Assembly (NCBI GenBank): GCA_965222715.1
Contig: OZ244961.1
Span: 365,458-429,457 of the forward strand
Reading direction: 5' to 3'
DNA from: Minisyncoccota bacterium
GTDB taxonomy: Bacteria > Patescibacteriota > Minisyncoccia > Phycocordibacterales > JABMNX01
DNA length: 64,000 nt
Below, piece by piece: positions 26,228 through 35,368 of this stretch; position 1 is the stretch's first letter; the number at the start of each line of letters is the position of its first letter. A program made the position numbers and the translations under genes. Below the pieces are notes generated by a model. It was not told where the DNA came from and did not search any database. It saw only the letters and a list, made by a program, of their open reading frames with translations.

Positions 26228-29200
26228 ATGTCCGAGCAGATACCATTTACCCACCTCCATACTCACTCGCACTTCTCCCTCTTACATGCGCTTCCAAAAA
26301 TAGCCGACTTGGTAAACGCAGCAAAAGATGATGGCATGAGCTCACTCGCACTTACCGACAACGGCAACCTCTACGGCGCAATTCAATTTTATAAGGTATG
26401 TAAAAGCGCAGGAGTAAAACCAATTATTGGTATTGATGCATATGTTGCAGTCCGCACTCGACACGAGAAAGAGGCACGTATTGATAATCGTTGGTCTCGA
26501 CTCGTCTTACTTGCAAAAAATGATATTGGGTATAAAAACCTTCTTAAGCTAGTAACTGTTTCTTTTCTTGAAGGTTTTTACTACAAACCCCGCATCGACC
26601 ACGAATTAATTGAGGCACATACCGACGGGCTTATCGCCATACTTCCCTCTTTCTCTTCGGAAGTGTCCCTTGCATACAAAGGAAATGATCCAGAGAAGGC
26701 AGAAGAGAAACTTTCTTGGTACAAAAAAGTATTTGATGAGAATCTATACCTTGAAATCACTCACCACCCAGAAGTTGAGGGGCACCAAGAACTCATGAAG
26801 ACGCTTGTTTCTCTCTCAGAGAAACAGACTGTACCACTGGTTGCTGCACATGATGTGTATTATCTCAAGCCGGAAGATCGACGGGCACGTGAAGCAATGA
26901 TCAAAATTCAGACTGGTTCAATTCTTCAAGAAGATCCCGAGGAACAACAAGAAGATTTTTCATTTATTACGACAGAGAAAGCTAATGAATATTTTAAAGA
27001 GTACCCTGAAGCCCTCAAAAATACACAAAAAATTGCTGAAATGTGTGATCTTGAGCTGCAGCTTGGCTCGTGGGTATTCCCTAATATTGAAAAAGGAAAC
27101 CATGAGACCTACGACGCTGCTCTTCGAGAACTGGCCTACAGTGGCATTAAGCGTCGTGAACTTGAGAAAACAGATGAAGTGGTTGATCGTCTTGAGTATG
27201 AACTCGATATTATTACAAAGAAGGGCTATGCTCCCTATTTCCTTGTGGTAGCGGATCTTCTAAACTACGCACATAAAAACGATATTCTCACCACTATTCG
27301 TGGCTCAGTCGCAGGCTCACTCGTTACGTACCTTGCTGGTATTACTAACGTAAATCCTCTTGAATACAAGCTCCCCTTTGAACGCTTCCTTAATCCAGAA
27401 CGCCCGTCTGCGCCCGATATTGATATGGACTACGCCGATAACCGACGTGATGAAATGATTCAATACGCAAAAGATAAGTACGGTGAAGACAAAGTGGCCC
27501 AAATTGGAACATTCGGTACGATGATGGCGCGTGGAGTGGTGCGCGATGTTGCGCGCGCACTCGGACACCCCTACTCACTAGGGGATCAAATCGCAAAACT
27601 GATACCATTTGGCTCACAAGGCTTCCCGATGACTATTGATCGAGCGTTTGAGATGGCTCCTGAATTAAAAGAGTTATATAAAAAAGAAAAAGAGGTACGA
27701 GAGGTTATTGATCTTGCAAAAAAAATTGAAGGGCGCGCACGACATATGGGTATTCATGCAGCTGGTGTGGTGATTGCACCTCGGCCACTGACTGAGTTTG
27801 TGCCACTTCAATATGATCCTAAGGGAGGAAAAATTATCACTCAGTATGATATGCACGCCGTTGAAGATGCTGGTCTTTTAAAGTTTGATTTCCTTGGGTT
27901 AAAAAACCTTGCCATACTCGCTGATGTGGTTGAGCGTGTTGAAGCTATTCATGAGGTAAAAATTAATATTGAAGACATTCCACTTGATGACAAAAAAACA
28001 TTTGAGATGTTAGCCCGCGGTGAAACTATGGGACTGTTCCAATTAAACGGCTCAGGTATGACACACTTCCTTAAGGAACTAAAACCAACACGTATCCACG
28101 ACATTAACGCTATGGTTGCGCTCTATCGACCTGGTCCAATGGAATCAATCCCTTCATACATTGAACGAAAACATAATCCAAGTCTTGTATCGTACCTTGA
28201 CCCACGCATGAAAGAAATCCTTGCACAATCATATGGGGTGATTGCGTACCAAGATGATGTGTTGATGATTGCAATTAAGCTTGCTGGTTACTCTTGGCTC
28301 GAGGCAGATAAACTGCGAAAAGCAATGGGTAAAAAAATTCCTGAAGTCATGGAAGCCGAGAGGCAGAAACTCGTTGAAGGTCTCGTTGAGCATGGTATGA
28401 CTGAGAAAAAAGCTGAGCAGCTCTGGAAGTTAATTGAGCCATTCGCAGCGTATGGTTTCAATAAAGCGCACGCTGCAAGTTATGGTCGTGTGGCGTATCA
28501 AACAGCATATATGAAAGCGAATTACCCTGTTGAATACCTCTCAGCAGTCTTAACCGCTGACTCAGGCGATGTTGATAAAGTATCAGAGTCAATTATTGAA
28601 TGTGTCCGAATGGGTATTGAGGTACTCCCGCCAGACATTAATGAAAGTTTTGGTGACTTTTCTGTGGTACCAGACAAAGAGGATCACACTAAATCAAAAA
28701 TTCGTTTTGGTCTTTACTCAATTAAAAACTTCGGTGAAGGTATTGCAAAAAGTATCATCGATGAACGTAAGAAGCATGGTAACTACACGTCACTTTCAAA
28801 CTTTCTTAAGCGTGTTCAAAACAAAAACCTTAATAGAAAATCACTTGAGGCTCTCATAAAGTCTGGAGCACTTGATCGGTTGAGTGAGAAAGAGCAGCGA
28901 GCTGCAATGCTTGAGCATATTGATGCACTACTTACATACAATAAAGACGTCTTGAGCATGCACACCGACCAAGACTCTCTCTTCGGTACTAATGAAAGCA
29001 CCACTGAAGAACTTACACTTCCTGAAACTCCCCCAATTGATACTGCACAAAAGTTGGCGTGGGAGAAAGAACTGCTTGGACTCTATGTCTCTGGTCACCC
29101 ACTTGAAGCATTTAAGGATGTGCTTTCAAAAAATAAATCTGACATTGCTCGCATAAAGACTGACCCCCGTGAAGGGATGCCAACAGTGATATACGGTATT

Positions 29201-29419
29201 ATCGAAGAAGCAAAACCAATTCTGACTAAAAAAGGTGACCAAATGGCATTCCTGCGGATAGCTGATTTTAGTGGAAGCATAGAAACAGTTATATTTCCTA
29301 AACTCTATGCGAAACATAAAGAACTTCTTCAAAACGAAACGTGTATTGGTTTGAAAGGCCGACTCTCAAAGAGAAATGGTGAATTGAGTATTATTGCTGA
29401 AGCGGTAAAAGCGCTGTAA
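26228..29419 (+). CDS. dnaE: DNA polymerase III alpha subunit
   Basis: PHP domain FTHLHTHSHFSLL, polymerase core, OB fold at C-terminus. 1063 aa. Confidence 0.95.
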   Translation: MSEQIPFTHLHTHSHFSLLHALPKIADLVNAAKDDGMSSLALTDNGNLYGAIQFYKVCKSAGVKPIIGIDAYVAVRTRHEKEARIDNRWSRLVLLAKNDIGYKNLLKLVTVSFLEGFYYKPRIDHELIEAHTDGLIAILPSFSSEVSLAYKGNDPEKAEEKLSWYKKVFDENLYLEITHHPEVEGHQELMKTLVSLSEKQTVPLVAAHDVYYLKPEDRRAREAMIKIQTGSILQEDPEEQQEDFSFITTEKANEYFKEYPEALKNTQKIAEMCDLELQLGSWVFPNIEKGNHETYDAALRELAYSGIKRRELEKTDEVVDRLEYELDIITKKGYAPYFLVVADLLNYAHKNDILTTIRGSVAGSLVTYLAGITNVNPLEYKLPFERFLNPERPSAPDIDMDYADNRRDEMIQYAKDKYGEDKVAQIGTFGTMMARGVVRDVARALGHPYSLGDQIAKLIPFGSQGFPMTIDRAFEMAPELKELYKKEKEVREVIDLAKKIEGRARHMGIHAAGVVIAPRPLTEFVPLQYDPKGGKIITQYDMHAVEDAGLLKFDFLGLKNLAILADVVERVEAIHEVKINIEDIPLDDKKTFEMLARGETMGLFQLNGSGMTHFLKELKPTRIHDINAMVALYRPGPMESIPSYIERKHNPSLVSYLDPRMKEILAQSYGVIAYQDDVLMIAIKLAGYSWLEADKLRKAMGKKIPEVMEAERQKLVEGLVEHGMTEKKAEQLWKLIEPFAAYGFNKAHAASYGRVAYQTAYMKANYPVEYLSAVLTADSGDVDKVSESIIECVRMGIEVLPPDINESFGDFSVVPDKEDHTKSKIRFGLYSIKNFGEGIAKSIIDERKKHGNYTSLSNFLKRVQNKNLNRKSLEALIKSGALDRLSEKEQRAAMLEHIDALLTYNKDVLSMHTDQDSLFGTNESTTEELTLPETPPIDTAQKLAWEKELLGLYVSGHPLEAFKDVLSKNKSDIARIKTDPREGMPTVIYGIIEEAKPILTKKGDQMAFLRIADFSGSIETVIFPKLYAKHKELLQNETCIGLKGRLSKRNGELSIIAEAVKAL

Positions 29420-29450
29420 AGAAAAATACAAAATAAAAATCGAGCTACCC

Positions 29451-29478
29451 AGGAGTGGGTAGCTCGATGAGCTTTTGT
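29451..29478. terminator. Bidirectional intrinsic terminator between convergent dnaE and hypothetical gene
   Basis: tcgagctaccc-agga-gtgggtagctcga with A-run upstream and T-runs downstream. Confidence 0.65.
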
Positions 29479-29494
29479 TTGTAATAGCTCGAGG

Positions 29495-30307
29495 TCACAG
29501 GACAAACGCAGAAGCAGATCCGTAGCGTTTGTAGACACGATCATACCAGCGGGTGCCAAACATAATACCACCTTCACCTCCACCGGTAATATAGAGCGGA
29601 GCATGAAAGAAATCGCCCCCAGAGTCTGGGTCATCGAACTCATCACCAGCACAATCCATATCCAACTCTTCCCAACGAACCAATCGATTGGGATGTGTCA
29701 AAATGATTGATCCGACAGCAAGTGCAGTAAGACCAAACTCGTTTGACAGAAAACACTCACGAGCTCGTCGAACTGATCGACCACGATGACGCATACCAAG
29801 TTGTGCTGGAACAACAAGGATATCTCCTGGCTGATTTTGAGCAATTATGTCGAGCGCGTGGGTCGTACGATTAGTTGTTCGCAAACGATCTGGAACAATC
29901 TGTCCATCACGGTAGCTGTACGCCTTTCGTGAATCAAAGATTTTCCCATACACAAGTCGGACCCCAGCACAGTAACGCTCAGTGTCGTCTGTGATGTTTG
30001 GGAAGAGTTTTTCAAGCGCTTTATGCGAGGGGATGGCAAACCAACCCTCTGCACCTTCAGGGAGCTTTGGTAAGTGTTCTACATACTCACGTGCGTCCTT
30101 AGGATCAAGGTTAAGAATTTGAGCAAGTATGGTTATCTGTTCCTTGATTGGTTTGGGACCACTGTACTCTGGCGGATACGTGTAGTTTGATTCCATTTCC
30201 TCAAGACTGACATCATTTTCGCCCCGAGGATCAGGAGATGCGGGTAACTCGTTATTCATGATTTTGATCTTTCCGTGTCTATACCTCAATGTCCTTAAAA
30301 GAAACAT
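29495..30307 (-). CDS. Hypothetical protein (270 aa), no recognisable family; GC slightly elevated (~48%)
   Basis: Long ORF with protein-like composition. Alternative start at MNNELPAS (30259). Confidence 0.5.
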   Translation of the reverse strand: MFLLRTLRYRHGKIKIMNNELPASPDPRGENDVSLEEMESNYTYPPEYSGPKPIKEQITILAQILNLDPKDAREYVEHLPKLPEGAEGWFAIPSHKALEKLFPNITDDTERYCAGVRLVYGKIFDSRKAYSYRDGQIVPDRLRTTNRTTHALDIIAQNQPGDILVVPAQLGMRHRGRSVRRARECFLSNEFGLTALAVGSIILTHPNRLVRWEELDMDCAGDEFDDPDSGGDFFHAPLYITGGGEGGIMFGTRWYDRVYKRYGSASAFVL

Positions 30308-30435
30308 TGAGGAGATTGATAAAGAACTGAATCATATGGTCTGTTTTTTTATGCTGTTTGTCAATAATATACCTATCCCAAAAAAGCAAAACATGGGTTT
30401 GCTCTTACTTAAAAAACTGGCTATTATAAATCTCT

Positions 30436-31683
30436 ATGGAGGAAAGAGATCATAAGAAAATTGGCCCTGAGCTTGGGCTCTATTACATTGACCCGGTGGT
30501 CGGCAAAGGATTGCCGATGTTTTTACCTAAAGGAGCGACAATGAAACGTGTGCTCGAAGACTTTATTATTAAAGAAGAACTACGACGTGGATACTACCAT
30601 GTACACACCCCAGATATAGCAAAACTCGATTTGTATAAAAAATCAGGCCACTACCCTCATTACAAAGACTCAATGTATGCACCCATAGTCATTGATGACG
30701 AAGAGTTTATGCTTCGCCCAATGACGTGCCCCCACCACTTCCAAATGTACGCATCAAAACCGAGAAGCTACCGGGAACTGCCTATGCGTATCGCTGAATT
30801 AGCACAACTCTACCGATACGAACAATCAGGTGAATTGATGGGTCTCCAACGAGTGCGGACGTTCTGTCTTGCTGATGCACACATTATTTGTGCGTCAGAA
30901 GAACAAGCAATTGAAGAAATTAGTAAAGCGCTCGATCTTATTGAATATGTTGCGGGAGTATTTGGCCTCACGCTTAATACAGACTACCGATATCGATTAT
31001 CACTCGGGAGTAGAGACGATACAGAAGGTAAATACTATAAAAACGATGCTGCCTGGGAGAAAGGAGAAGAGCTCCTACGGTCTCTTATGCAGGATCGCGG
31101 ATGTGATTTTGAGGAAGCAAAAGATGAAGCGGCATTTTATGGTCCGAAAATTGATATTCAAATGAAAAATGTGAACGGAAAAGAAGATACTGCGTTTACC
31201 TGTCAGTATGACTTCTGTATGCCTGACAAGTTTGACTTAACCTATGTTGCTGAGGATGGAAGTAAGAAGCGTGCATTTGTAGTACACCGCTCATCAATTG
31301 GTGCCATTGAGCGCATTATGGCGTTTCTCATTGAGCACTATGCTGGTGCATTTCCCTTCTGGCTCTCTCCAGTTCAGGTAAAAATTTTACCTATTAGTGA
31401 TACACATGGAGAGTATGCACAGGAAGTAGCACAGACTCTTGAAGGACATGGGATACGCTCTGAGATTGATGAAAGTTCAGAGACACTTGGCAAGAAAATT
31501 AGAAGTGCGCAACTTGAGAAAGTTCCTTACTGGTTAGTTATTGGAGATCAAGAAGTCACAAAAAAAGAAGTGACCCTTGAAAGTCGAGACAGTGGAAAGA
31601 TTGGATCAATGCATGTTGAGGATCTCATTGCACGATTTACAGAGGAAAATATTCCAACTTCTTCACAACCTTCTTCACAATAG
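30436..31683 (+). CDS. thrS: Threonine--tRNA ligase, catalytic plus anticodon-binding domains only (no N-terminal TGS/editing domains)
   Basis: Starts at the DHRKIG-equivalent (DHKKIGPELGLY), RPMTCPHHFQMY motif 1/zinc site, class II motifs, C-terminal anticodon-binding domain. 415 aa versus ~640 for the full-length enzyme. Confidence 0.92.
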   Translation: MEERDHKKIGPELGLYYIDPVVGKGLPMFLPKGATMKRVLEDFIIKEELRRGYYHVHTPDIAKLDLYKKSGHYPHYKDSMYAPIVIDDEEFMLRPMTCPHHFQMYASKPRSYRELPMRIAELAQLYRYEQSGELMGLQRVRTFCLADAHIICASEEQAIEEISKALDLIEYVAGVFGLTLNTDYRYRLSLGSRDDTEGKYYKNDAAWEKGEELLRSLMQDRGCDFEEAKDEAAFYGPKIDIQMKNVNGKEDTAFTCQYDFCMPDKFDLTYVAEDGSKKRAFVVHRSSIGAIERIMAFLIEHYAGAFPFWLSPVQVKILPISDTHGEYAQEVAQTLEGHGIRSEIDESSETLGKKIRSAQLEKVPYWLVIGDQEVTKKEVTLESRDSGKIGSMHVEDLIARFTEENIPTSSQPSSQ

Positions 31684-31702
31684 ACTTTATGAGAGCTACA
31701 AA

Positions 31703-31728
31703 AAACGCCAAGGGTACTCTTGGCGTTT
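31703..31728. terminator. Intrinsic terminator, copy 3 of recurring palindrome
   Basis: aaaaacgccaagggtactcttggcgtttttt after thrS. Confidence 0.7.
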
Positions 31729-31755
31729 TTTGGTGCTCTGTTTAAGCGTTCTATA

Positions 31756-33120
31756 TTACCCTTTCTTTTCTTTCACAAACTCAACTGCCCGGAGAAGTGC
31801 CATCTTTGCACTCGTGTGTTGGGTAAGATAATTTTGATCAACACCACTTGAAAGAATATGTACTAGTCGCTCTATGTCTTTACTTCCCCAATTCTCGAAA
31901 TAGTCTTCAATTGACTCGTCTTTCAGTGTTTCCTCTTCCCCAAGTCGTCGTGCATGTAATCTATCAAGTTCGCACAATGCTGAGACTAATACTTCTGATA
32001 TATTGCGACCTTTTTCTTTAAATGAACGAACTACACGCAAAACCCCTTCTATATCTCCACGAACAATTGTTCGAATAAGTTCTGTTGTATGTGAAGCAGA
32101 TGGTGATACCTCGTATGTAGGTTCCTGAACTTTTTCCTGAGGTATAGTGTTTTGTGTTTCTGTGCTCGTATTAGATATAGGACGTGACACCTTTCCAGCA
32201 CGATGTAACTCAAGTACTGGCATTTTCCCGTCAGCACCTACTTTTAATTCGAGTGAATCATGCATAGCAGCAGTTGAGTGTGTGAAAGGAGAAGAAGGAG
32301 TGTACTCTACATCCTTTGAAGTTACCGTTTCTGCAACATCATCATGTCGTCCTTCATGTTCGTATATAGGTGCCTGGGTGTTCGCCGTAAATAGGTAAGC
32401 AAACACGTTATACATACGCGCACCAAATCGTCGAGTTACCAAAAAGTATGCAAGAACTCCACTCCAAAGGATAAGCATGAACCAGTAAAGAGTAGCGAGA
32501 AATGTTCCTGCTTTAAAACCAGTATACGGTACTTGGCTGAGTGTAATAAACGAGAGTGGTTGCGCGTCAGCACCAGGGAGTGCACTTACACTTACTGTTG
32601 GAGAATTTAATCCTCCTGGTCCCCCCGTACCTCCTGGACCACCAGTTGGAGTTGGGTCAGGTGTTGGGTCAGGATCAGGTGTGGGATCAGGGGTCGGATC
32701 CGGGTCTGGAGTGGGGTCAGGTGTTGGGTCGGGAGTAGGACTTGGTGTTGGACTAGGTGTTGGGCTTGGACTAGGAGATGAGCCACCACCGTCACTACCA
32801 CCATCACTAGAAGAACCGTTGTCATTTCCAGCACCAGTTCCACCACCAAAACCACCTCCACTACTTCCACCAGATGAACCGTTGTCATTTCCAGCACCAG
32901 TTCCACCACCAAAACCACCTCCATCACCGCCTCCACCTCCATCACCGCCTCCACCTCCGTCACCTCCAGCACCATCACCGCCACCGAAGGCATAGATTAC
33001 GTGACTGATATTGCTGGTAGGAACGGTTATAAGAGAAAAAAGCACAATACACACAATAAGGAAAATTGCTTTTTGGGGTGTAGATATATGCTTGTAATGT
33101 TTCTTTTTTAAGTTACTCAT
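31756..33120 (-). CDS. Membrane-anchored surface protein with Gly/Ser-rich and Pro-Thr/Pro-Asp repeat linker, second TM segment and ~260-aa C-terminal domain
   Basis: N-terminal signal-anchor. GGGDGAGGDGGGGG..., 21-aa tandem repeat GGGFGGGTGAGNDNGSS..., SPSPTPSPTPDPTPDP tract. Start set at MSNLKKK. Confidence 0.6.
   Translation of the reverse strand: MSNLKKKHYKHISTPQKAIFLIVCIVLFSLITVPTSNISHVIYAFGGGDGAGGDGGGGGDGGGGGDGGGFGGGTGAGNDNGSSGGSSGGGFGGGTGAGNDNGSSSDGGSDGGGSSPSPSPTPSPTPSPTPDPTPDPTPDPDPTPDPTPDPDPTPDPTPTGGPGGTGGPGGLNSPTVSVSALPGADAQPLSFITLSQVPYTGFKAGTFLATLYWFMLILWSGVLAYFLVTRRFGARMYNVFAYLFTANTQAPIYEHEGRHDDVAETVTSKDVEYTPSSPFTHSTAAMHDSLELKVGADGKMPVLELHRAGKVSRPISNTSTETQNTIPQEKVQEPTYEVSPSASHTTELIRTIVRGDIEGVLRVVRSFKEKGRNISEVLVSALCELDRLHARRLGEEETLKDESIEDYFENWGSKDIERLVHILSSGVDQNYLTQHTSAKMALLRAVEFVKEKKG
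32600..32960. repeat. Low-complexity tandem repeats inside surface-protein gene (12-18-bp PT/PD-encoding periodicity; 63-bp unit x2; 18-bp unit x2)
   Basis: gaaccgttgtcatttccagcaccagttccaccaccaaaaccacctcca at 32813 and 32876; atcaccgcctccacctcc x2. Confidence 0.7.
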
Positions 33121-33198
33121 AACTACTTCAAATATAAAAAGGAGGGTGGGCGGTGTAAGCCACACCACCACTCCAAAAGTTCTTCGCGATACTCGACG

Positions 33199-34416
33199 TT
33201 ACAGACAGTCGAGGATGGCGTTCAAGTTCGCACCCTCGCTACTGCTACTCCGAGCCAAGATAGCGAGCTCACTCGGACTGTTACCCCCTGAGCCAAGTCG
33301 AGTACTCAGAAGACGAACACCACTGCTGTCCACTCGTGGATACATAACCTGACAACCGTTACCTGAGGCGTCCTTCATGAGAAACTGAGAGTCTTGTTGA
33401 CTTGCTGCTTCTCGAGAGACCGTCCGCTCCCAGTATACCAGATTCGGATGCTCCGAATGGTCTCCAGGTGACGCAGAAGCTGCCTCCCACCCACTCGAAC
33501 TCGGATAGTTCACCTGGAACTGAACCGAGGTAGAGACGGTGGTTGCACTTCCCCTCCCGTCGTCATAAGCAGCCATCAGTTCGCCATCCAGGTCACGCGA
33601 GACCGCCCCGTCCTCAAACGGATACGTCTCATTCCCTTCTTGCGAGTTGACTTCACGAATCCGAGCTTGGAGTGCCGCAGGAATTGAATCCCATTCCCAG
33701 AAACGAATTCTGAGAACATACGGATCATCCACTGCGGTGCTCGCGGTCTGGACCGGAGCTGCCGTCTGCGCCACCGGTTGAGCCGGGGGTTCTGCCGCCG
33801 TCGAAGTGCTTTGCGACCCCTCGACGTAAAACGCCCAGTTGTCACAGATATGCGGTCGAACGAGCACCCACGTTTGACCTTGGTGCTCGACGCGATACAC
33901 GTCGGCCGTCCGGTCATACGTCTGCGCCCAATCGCCCATCACGACATTCGTCCAGAGACGATGGGTGTTCAGTTGAGAACTCCACATCATCCCAGAGAAT
34001 TTCGTTCCCGGAACGAGCTGTTCGACAGAGGGGTTACTCCCCTTGATTAGTTCACGCCATTTGTCGTGAACTGCGGAAGGTACATTGCAACGATCCTTGA
34101 GAATGTGAAGCGCGTAGGCCACACTCCCTTGGTAGGGATGCGCACCAGGGCGCACCCAGTTGTTGTTCCTCGTTGAAGTGCAGGTGTCGACAGCGGACGT
34201 CGTCCGTTGCGGCACACCACCTACGGTTTCCGCTTGGGTTTCCACCTGGGCCGGCGCGCTGCTGGCGATCTGCGGGGGCGATTGGGTTGCCTCGGGTTCG
34301 ACATGACATTCGCCGATACCGACACAGCCGTTCATGTCCCCGTCACCGAGGTTTATGGCGCATGCTCCCAAAACAATCGGGAGAAACACCCACACAAGGC
34401 GAAGACGTTTGATCAT
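33199..34416 (-). CDS. Putative secreted lipoprotein of foreign origin (GC ~57%, GC3-rich codons), function unknown
   Basis: Signal peptide MIKRLRLVWVFLPIVLGAC (lipobox-like LGAC). 405-aa ORF. All other frames show only short ORFs typical of high-GC sequence. Confidence 0.55.
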   Translation of the reverse strand: MIKRLRLVWVFLPIVLGACAINLGDGDMNGCVGIGECHVEPEATQSPPQIASSAPAQVETQAETVGGVPQRTTSAVDTCTSTRNNNWVRPGAHPYQGSVAYALHILKDRCNVPSAVHDKWRELIKGSNPSVEQLVPGTKFSGMMWSSQLNTHRLWTNVVMGDWAQTYDRTADVYRVEHQGQTWVLVRPHICDNWAFYVEGSQSTSTAAEPPAQPVAQTAAPVQTASTAVDDPYVLRIRFWEWDSIPAALQARIREVNSQEGNETYPFEDGAVSRDLDGELMAAYDDGRGSATTVSTSVQFQVNYPSSSGWEAASASPGDHSEHPNLVYWERTVSREAASQQDSQFLMKDASGNGCQVMYPRVDSSGVRLLSTRLGSGGNSPSELAILARSSSSEGANLNAILDCL

Positions 34417-34542
34417 TGTGCTAGCCCCTCCTTAGGGCTTGTTGTGAACACGATGTGAAAGAACTACTCTCTAACTGATGCTACCTACTACTACCTAAGC
34501 GCAACACAGAGAGCTACGCACGCACAATCCTTCCTTATAACC

Positions 34543-35196
34543 TTATGAGTTATTTTGGATTGTAAGCGCATAGCTTCCTACGTATACTGCCTCTACCACA
34601 TATCGCTCACTCTCAGCACCAAATGAGTTACAGGTTGAGAGCGTAAGTTTTCGCTTCCCTTCTTCAAAATTAACACGAACTACATCTGCTTCAGCAAGTT
34701 CAAGACTCTCTACTCGATACACATATCGAGTGGTATATGAATCTACAAAGACCTCATCTCCAACCTCAACGTTTTTTAAACCATTAAACGCTTGGTAATT
34801 TTTATTTATCACGTTTGGCAAAAAACTTGAGTGCCCGAAAATAAAAATATTTGTCTCTTCGTTAAGCAGTCCCGTTCCTGGGTACTGTACTACCCCATCT
34901 TGAAGTGCCTGATCAAGAACAGTGATATCACGACTCTCTGGGTGCTCAATGTTTATATCAATCGAAACTGATGGGATGCGTATATGTACTGCTTGTTCGT
35001 ACATTGTGTTCTCTTTTGAGTCTGATTGGGGGTAATTACTCGCAAGAGCAGCTGTTGTGTTATTTCCTGTATACTCTGGTACAAAATCAACAAGTGAAAG
35101 TACCAAGTATGAACAAAAGAAAATACAAAGAAACCATACCAGAAATCGCCATCGATTCTCGATAAGAAATAGTATGCTTTCTTTTATATCTTCCAT
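34543..35196 (-). CDS. Sortase-family transpeptidase
   Basis: N-terminal TM anchor. Catalytic His (IFIFGHSSF) and TLxTC motif (KLTLSTCNS), conserved Arg downstream. Confidence 0.8.
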   Translation of the reverse strand: MEDIKESILFLIENRWRFLVWFLCIFFCSYLVLSLVDFVPEYTGNNTTAALASNYPQSDSKENTMYEQAVHIRIPSVSIDINIEHPESRDITVLDQALQDGVVQYPGTGLLNEETNIFIFGHSSFLPNVINKNYQAFNGLKNVEVGDEVFVDSYTTRYVYRVESLELAEADVVRVNFEEGKRKLTLSTCNSFGAESERYVVEAVYVGSYALTIQNNS

Positions 35197-35368
35197 ATAT
35201 GTCCCGACCGTGACGCCGTGATGACCATCTTTATAAACTACGTATTTCTACACTATTTTAAAGATTTTGTCAAGTTTCTTTTAAATTATGTTATCACCCC
35301 CACCACCTCTCCGTGGGTCACCTACACTTCTTGACAAAAATCTTTATGTGTGATACACATATATCGTT

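Noticed and set aside
32556-32995. Plus- and minus-strand ORFs with Pro/Leu/Val repeats (32681-32995 +, 32607-32993 -)
   Set aside because: Alternative frames of the tandem-repeat region of the surface-protein gene. Repeats keep all frames open.
33576-34458. Several 79-113-aa ORFs on both strands inside 33199-34416
   Set aside because: Typical spurious frames of high-GC DNA. The 405-aa lipoprotein frame is the only one with a signal peptide and full-length continuity.
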